Source: a cyanobacterium endosymbiont of Rhopalodia gibba (GTDB lineage Bacteria > Cyanobacteriota > Cyanobacteriia > Cyanobacteriales > Microcystaceae). Taken from it: 64,000 nucleotides of DNA. The position numbers and the translations under genes are program-made. Shown here one piece after another: positions 58,477 through 64,000 of the stretch; within the stretch, counting starts at the first letter, position 1; every line of letters begins with the position of its first letter. The stretch covers positions 352,001 to 416,000 of the forward strand of contig CP067995.1 of assembly GCA_045159875.1 (NCBI GenBank), written 5' to 3'. The notes below the pieces were generated by a model. That model made no database searches. It worked only from the letters and a program-made list of their open reading frames with translations, and was not told where the DNA came from.

Positions 58477-58776
58477 CTTAGTTTGATTCCCTATAAAATA
58501 AACACCATTAGGCTAACAGAGCCAATGTCAAGAATATGTAACATCTGTTACGACATCTCCATCCGGTCCCTAAGAAATTCTTAAGAATTACTCAAGGTTA
58601 TTTTTTTTATAGCAGGATACATATTTAACTAACAGGGAAATTAAAAAAATAAAGCGGTTACAATGAGATCAACGATAAATTGAAGAAAGTCCTCGATAAT
58701 ACCAACAAAAATTGATGGACTTTCTCCGATGTTTACTAAATCCCTATCCTATTAACCCTCTCTATGTCATTTCTTC

Positions 58777-59022
58777 ATGCTTCAAGATACTCAAGTGATT
58801 CGTTATTATCAAAAGCTAACTGATAGCATGGTGGACTTGTGGCATCGAGGTCGTCGCTTTGACGAAGTCCAATCTTACATGGATGGATATCTAGCCTGTC
58901 TACTTCATTCTAGTGCCCTCGAAACTCACTTGGTTTACCGTTTAGAGGAAGAGGCGCGACATTTTTTACGCGACCCTTCTAATTTTGGAGTGTCACTACA
59001 AACCAAACCCGATTACTATTAA
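58777..59022 (+). CDS. Conserved cyanobacterial small protein (DUF6761-like)
   Basis: MLQDTQVIRYYQKLTD...YMDGYLACL...RLEEEA..FLRDPSNF. Usual position between this regulator and grxD. Confidence 0.82.
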   Translation: MLQDTQVIRYYQKLTDSMVDLWHRGRRFDEVQSYMDGYLACLLHSSALETHLVYRLEEEARHFLRDPSNFGVSLQTKPDYY

Positions 59023-59087
59023 TTCCATAAATCTAAAACTGAGGAGAAAGAGGTTGTTATAAATTTTCCTTCCCCTTAGTTTTTGAT

Positions 59088-59417
59088 TTATGGAGCTAAT
59101 GCTAATTCAACCATTTGCTGCAATTCACCATTTTGGTACATTTCAATCATAATGTCACAACCGCCAACAAACTCCCCATTGATATAAACTTGAGGAATAG
59201 TTGGCCAATTAGAATATTCTTTAATTCCTTGGCGAATGTCATCGTCTGCTAGAACATCAACTGTCTCATAGAAAACCCCTAGAGTATTAAGAATTTGAAC
59301 AACATTGTTAGAAAATCCGCACTGGGGCATCAACTTAGCTCCCTTCATAAAAACTAAGATTTTGTGGCTGTTGATTAACTGATCAAGACGATTCTTGAGT
59401 TCTGGTGTCATAAACAC
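59088..59417 (-). CDS. grxD: Monothiol glutaredoxin (Grx4 family)
   Basis: PQCGFS and [19 protein letters not shown] motifs. Confidence 0.97.
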   Translation of the reverse strand: MFMTPELKNRLDQLINSHKILVFMKGAKLMPQCGFSNNVVQILNTLGVFYETVDVLADDDIRQGIKEYSNWPTIPQVYINGEFVGGCDIMIEMYQNGELQQMVELALAP

Positions 59418-59488
59418 TCCAAAAATATAATGATAGATTTTGACGGCGAAGATATAAATAGCAAATCGATGATGAGATGAAACAATGG

Positions 59489-59512
59489 AAGTTAGTCCTA
59501 AGTTAGTCCTAA
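59489..59512. repeat. Tandem duplication of an 11-mer
   Basis: aagttagtcct aagttagtcct aa between bolA and grxD. Confidence 0.7.
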
Positions 59513-59541
59513 TTGCCGTTTATTCTAGCTTAGACTCTAAG

Positions 59542-59802
59542 TTAGACAAGTGATTGTGCCGTTTCCCAAGTTTGAGGGGTATAAGTTTTTAAGGCTAGGG
59601 CGTGAATAGCTTCTGAGTTTAGGGCCTCTTGGAGTGCGCTATACACTAATTGATGTTGCTTGACTCTAGTCTTTCCTTCAAATTCAGCCGAAACAACTAA
59701 GGCTTCTAAATGATCTCCTCCCCCTTTTACATCTCTAATTACTACTTGAGCATCGGGGAGCTGCTCTTTAATCATAGTTTCAACTTCTTCAAGTCCAATC
59801 AT
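59542..59802 (-). CDS. BolA family protein
   Basis: [14 protein letters not shown]...QHQLVY and IHALALKT motifs. bolA-grxD pair. Confidence 0.95.
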   Translation of the reverse strand: MIGLEEVETMIKEQLPDAQVVIRDVKGGGDHLEALVVSAEFEGKTRVKQHQLVYSALQEALNSEAIHALALKTYTPQTWETAQSLV

Positions 59803-59899
59803 TGAGGATTCCTTGATAATTATTTATTACCGACACTATCATTATAATTAATGACTTAATTCTTGCTATTTTATCTGTGGCTGAATATCATGTTTTCTT

Positions 59900-60230
59900 A
59901 AATTAATAGGTTCAGAACAGAGTGGAGATTGCGATCGCATGATTATAGTTCCCCTACCAATTATCAAAAGTGAACCGACTGAGCGGTTTTTGCGAATTGA
60001 TTGAGTTGAATTGTTTGTAAAGTTTTAAAAATATCGTCTCGCCCACGAAATTCACCAATAAAAAGATTTCTGGTACGACTGGAACTGGCTAACATGAAAT
60101 TTTTTCAATATTTCTCCCATTTTGACTGAATTTTAGACTTTAGGGAGAGGACTGAATGACATGAGCAACACTAGGGAGCTCAAAAGTAGACAAGAATTAG
60201 GCTGGGGAGTGTATACAATAAGTTGATACA
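59900..60230 (-). pseudogene. Remnant of a conserved cyanobacterial hypothetical (secreted) protein upstream of bolA
   Basis: Fragment ASSSRTRNLFIGEFRGRDDIFKTLQTIQLNQFAKTAQSV followed by stops. Family recognised from memory only. Confidence 0.5.
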
Positions 60231-60502
60231 AATTTTGATTGATAACTGACAGCATAATTAATCTGGCATAATTTATTGGTTTTTTATTTTATAGATTGTG
60301 CACAATGTTACATCTAGTTGAGAGCAACTGACAAAAAGAATCCCAATCTCTTCTTTTTAGTAGACACCGACTAAATTCACGTCTAGATGCCCCTTTTGCC
60401 CCCTAATTTAATGAGAACCTCTAATGTAATGAGATTAGGTTTACTTCCCCACAACTTTATTAGAGATTCTCAATGAGCTAGTGAGTTAATTTAATCACTC
60501 TT

Positions 60503-60956
60503 TTAGAACTTGAGGCAATCAAAATTAAGTTCCTTTGATAAGCTGATAAAAAATTGCTGACTTAGAAGATGGTCACTTAACGAAATTACGTATTTTCCCT
60601 TTTTTAGGGCTAACACTACCTCAGAAATTGTTCCTAATTTTACGCCAGAGGCAATTACTACGTCTGAAAAAAGAACATTAATATTATTCCGAGCATTCGC
60701 TAAGTCAGTCACAATTGTCATATAAACTACAGCTGCAATATTGTTGGCCTTATTTAAAAGAAAGAATTTCGATGGTTAGACTGCTCAGTCCTTTGGTTCC
60801 TTGATTAGCTCCATTTATGACCACGACATTTCTTCCTCCTGTTAATAATACTTATACCTGTTGAGCAATTAATTTTCCTAATTGATAGATATTTTTTAAA
60901 TCAGTAGAGGTTGCGTTCTCCCCAGATCCCATGAGACTAATTATTATTTTTCTTAT
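60503..60956 (-). pseudogene. TIGR00725 family (LOG-like Rossmann fold) pseudogene
   Basis: Start mutated to ATA. IRKIIISLMGSGENAT...LIAQQV*VLLTGGRN, then a frameshift to VTDLANARNNINVLFSDVVIA...GTISEVVLALK. Confidence 0.88.
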
Positions 60957-61055
60957 GTTGACACAAGAGTTAATTAAGTAGATGGATTCAGTTAAACGAA
61001 TAAATATAGAAAAAAGACGTAAGGGTTAAGAGAATTTTTAAAATTTTAATTGTCC

Positions 61056-64000
61056 CTAGATTTGTTCAATCGCCCCTTCTGCATAATGGACAATATCCCG
61101 TAATTTTTTTAAAGTTTCTATCTCAACAGTTTGCCATAATCCCCTTAAATTAGCTTCTAATAACCTTTCTGCCATGTCTCGTAAAACCCAAGGGTTTTTT
61201 GTATAAATAAACTGTTGAACCGTTTCATTTAATAAATAAGCTTGGGCAACCCCTTCATACATAAAATCTTCTACACACCTCGCCGTGGCGTCATAAGCAA
61301 ATAAATAGTCAACCGTTGCTGCCATTTCAAATGCTCCTTTGTAGCCATGACGCATCACACCGGCAATCCATTTAGGATTAATAACACGAGAACGGTAAAC
61401 TCTAGCTATTTCTTCTTTTAATAACCTAACTTTAGGATTAGATGAGATAGAATTATCTCCAAAATATATCTCAGGATTTTTATTGGTTAATGATCTAACA
61501 GTAACAGTCAGTCCTCCTTGAAATTGATAATAATCATCAGAGTCTAATAAGTCATGTTCCCGATTATCTTGATTATGTAAGACAATCTGTAACTGTTTTA
61601 AGCGTTTTTCAAATACTTCTGGAACCCTATGACCGATGCCATCTTTATCATAACCATAGCAACTCCAATTCAAATAGGCTTTTGCTAAATCTGCGTCGTC
61701 TTTCCAATTTTGAGCTTCAATTAATCCTTGTAATCCTGCCCCATATGCTCCAGGTTTTGAGCTAAATATTCGATATTGAGCTTTTAGTTTGGCTTTATCT
61801 TTAGTCAACCCTTTTTTTTCCCAAAAAACTCTATCTTCTTTAACCTGGGCAGCTAAGGGATTAATATCTTTTTCTTCTTTTAGGTCTGACACTCCGCTCA
61901 CCGCATTGTACATCAGTTGTAGCAGGTTTGGGAAGCTATCTCTGAAAAAGCCTGATACCCGAACCGTTACATCTACACGTGGTCGTCCTAACACTGATGG
62001 ACTAAGGATTTCATAGCCTACAACCCGACGAGATAACCCATCCCAAATTGGTTGAACACCCAATAAAGCAAACACTTGCGCTACATCATCTCCTCCGGTT
62101 CGCATAGTAGAAGTTCCCCAGATAGAAATCGCTAAAGTTTTGGGATATTCTCCATTTTCTTGAGTGTAGCGTTCAATAACTATTTCTGCAGCTTTTCTTC
62201 CAACATTGTAAGCCGTTTCAGTCGGAATAGCACGGATATCGACTGAGTAGAAGTTACGACCGGTGGGGAGAACGTCTGGCCGTCCTCTGGTTGGCGCGCC
62301 AGCAGCTCCACTAGGAATGTATTCGCCGTTAAGTCCTTTAAGAAGATTAGTAATTTCTTGGGGGGTTTGGTGAAGGGATGGCAGGAGATGGGTTTGTATC
62401 CATTGGAGTTCGGTTCGAGTGGCGTTGAGGGGACAAGAAATAGACGCTTGAGGAGTGAGAATAAGAGAATCAATAATTTCGCTCGCGTAGGTTTCTAGAG
62501 CTTCTGTAGCTTGTCCAGTAGTACGACATTGTTTTAGTTTCAGGCACAGATCTCGAGGCACAGAGGAAGAAAAAGGAGGAGGATAAAATGGGGTTGTGGG
62601 AGAAGTGCTTAGGGGAAAGAAATTTAGCTTTAAGTCTTGAGCGATAGCTGTAGTTAATCCTAGACGATTGAGGTCAGGAAAACGGGCAATGGCTAGGGTT
62701 AATTCTGTGAGTTGAGGGCGTTGGGGACATTGTCCAAAAATGTGTAGACCATCTCGAATTTGGGCTTCTTTTAATTCACATAAATAGCCGTCAGCAAGGG
62801 TTAGAAATTGGCTTAACGTATTGGTACTTAACTCAATGCCTAGATCTTGATTGAGATGAGTTTCGTTAATCAGTTCGGTGATGCGAGCACTGATAATTTT
62901 TAAGCGAGAGGGATCGAGGGTTTGAGCTTCATAATATTCATCAATTAGAGTTTCAAGTTTTTCTAAGTCTCCATAGAGTTCAGCGCGAGTTAAAGGGGGA
63001 GTTAAATGATCTAAAATAACAGCCTGGGAACGACGTTTTGCTTGAGACCCTTCTCCCGGATCATTAACAATAAATGGATAAAAGTTAGGGAGCGTTCCTA
63101 GAGTTATTTCGGGATAACAATTAGCAGAAAGAGCTAGACTCTTTCCAGGTAGCCATTCCAGGTTACCATGTTTACCGAAATGAATAATGGCTGAGGCATT
63201 AAAATGATGTTTTAACCAATAATAATAAGCCAAATAATGAGGTGTAGGTTCTAAGTCAGGAACGTGATAATTTAAACTAGGGTCTAAATCGTACCCCCTC
63301 GAAGGTTGAATGCCAACAAAGATGTTTCCCAATTGAATACCAGGAAGATGAAAAGATGAGATAGATTGGGATTTATAAAGAGTTTGCCAACGTTGCTCTA
63401 TCTGGGTTTGAACTGAATGAGGCAAGGTTTTAAAATAAGTACAATAGTCGGATTGAGAAAGGGATTGATAGATAGGTCTTAATTCTTTTCCCTCAGGATC
63501 ATTAGTAATTCCAGCGGTTAATCGTTCAATTAATTTATCCCCTGTTTCTGGTATATCTGTAACCTTATATCCAGCTTTTTTCAATGCTTTCAAAGTTTCG
63601 AGGCAACTTGCCGGAGTATCTAACCCCACTCCATTGGCAATTCGACCATCTTTATTGGGATAATTAGCAAGAATTAAGGCGATTTTTCTTTCAGCAATAG
63701 GAGTAGTTTTTAACCGTATCCAATTTTTAGTTAAGTCAGCGACAAAATTAATCCTATCACTGACAGGTTGATAAATCACAACATCGGTTTCTAAGTCTTT
63801 ATTCCAAGCTTGAACTGATTTAAAAGAAACTGCACGAGTTATAATTCTACCATCCACTTCAGGAAGGGCAACATTCATCGCAACATCACGGGGAGTTAAC
63901 CCTTGATAACTCGATTTCCACTGTTCAAAAGTTCCCCCACTTAGAATTACCTGTAAGACAGGAAGATTCAATTTTGTCCAGAGATTTAAATTATCAATAT
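61056..64000 (-). CDS. cobN: Cobaltochelatase subunit CobN (5' part lies beyond window end)
   Basis: NVALPEVDGRI, HFGKHGNLEWLPGK, LPTGRNFYSVD and HNQDNREHDLLDSDDYYQFQGG motifs. The frame stays open from 63971 to 64000. Confidence 0.97.
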   Translation of the reverse strand, partial: IDNLNLWTKLNLPVLQVILSGGTFEQWKSSYQGLTPRDVAMNVALPEVDGRIITRAVSFKSVQAWNKDLETDVVIYQPVSDRINFVADLTKNWIRLKTTPIAERKIALILANYPNKDGRIANGVGLDTPASCLETLKALKKAGYKVTDIPETGDKLIERLTAGITNDPEGKELRPIYQSLSQSDYCTYFKTLPHSVQTQIEQRWQTLYKSQSISSFHLPGIQLGNIFVGIQPSRGYDLDPSLNYHVPDLEPTPHYLAYYYWLKHHFNASAIIHFGKHGNLEWLPGKSLALSANCYPEITLGTLPNFYPFIVNDPGEGSQAKRRSQAVILDHLTPPLTRAELYGDLEKLETLIDEYYEAQTLDPSRLKIISARITELINETHLNQDLGIELSTNTLSQFLTLADGYLCELKEAQIRDGLHIFGQCPQRPQLTELTLAIARFPDLNRLGLTTAIAQDLKLNFFPLSTSPTTPFYPPPFSSSVPRDLCLKLKQCRTTGQATEALETYASEIIDSLILTPQASISCPLNATRTELQWIQTHLLPSLHQTPQEITNLLKGLNGEYIPSGAAGAPTRGRPDVLPTGRNFYSVDIRAIPTETAYNVGRKAAEIVIERYTQENGEYPKTLAISIWGTSTMRTGGDDVAQVFALLGVQPIWDGLSRRVVGYEILSPSVLGRPRVDVTVRVSGFFRDSFPNLLQLMYNAVSGVSDLKEEKDINPLAAQVKEDRVFWEKKGLTKDKAKLKAQYRIFSSKPGAYGAGLQGLIEAQNWKDDADLAKAYLNWSCYGYDKDGIGHRVPEVFEKRLKQLQIVLHNQDNREHDLLDSDDYYQFQGGLTVTVRSLTNKNPEIYFGDNSISSNPKVRLLKEEIARVYRSRVINPKWIAGVMRHGYKGAFEMAATVDYLFAYDATARCVEDFMYEGVAQAYLLNETVQQFIYTKNPWVLRDMAERLLEANLRGLWQTVEIETLKKLRDIVHYAEGAIEQI

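Overview
This is chromosomal DNA from a unicellular cyanobacterium of the Crocosphaera/Rippkaea (Cyanothece) type that is undergoing genome reduction. Intact housekeeping genes include fabD-fabH-plsX, rpmF, prmA, serA, rsgA, dnaJ, hup, prfC, dnaK3-dnaJ, ispH, ychF, sqdB, accD, clpR-clpP, crtD, grxD-bolA and cobN. They are separated by 1-4 kb very AT-rich tracts, several of which still hold readable pseudogenes: a caspase-like protein, an ADP-ribosylglycohydrolase, an iron/B12 ABC ATPase plus binding protein, a TIGR00725 protein and a bolA-linked hypothetical. This pattern best fits a nitrogen-fixing spheroid body (diazoplast) of a rhopalodiacean diatom. That is an inference, since no nif or rRNA marker lies in the window. 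I found no rRNA, tRNA, CRISPR array, intact transposase or prophage. The most unusual signals are (i) about ten long, mutually unrelated, perfect or near-perfect inverted repeats in the decaying DNA, one lying inside a pseudogene reading frame; (ii) a HisD paralog with altered metal and substrate residues; (iii) loss of a putative B12/iron importer while cobN is kept; (iv) a secreted protein ending in a PIRGMW tail; and (v) an orphan sugar aminotransferase. All family calls come from motif recognition by eye, and no database searches were run.
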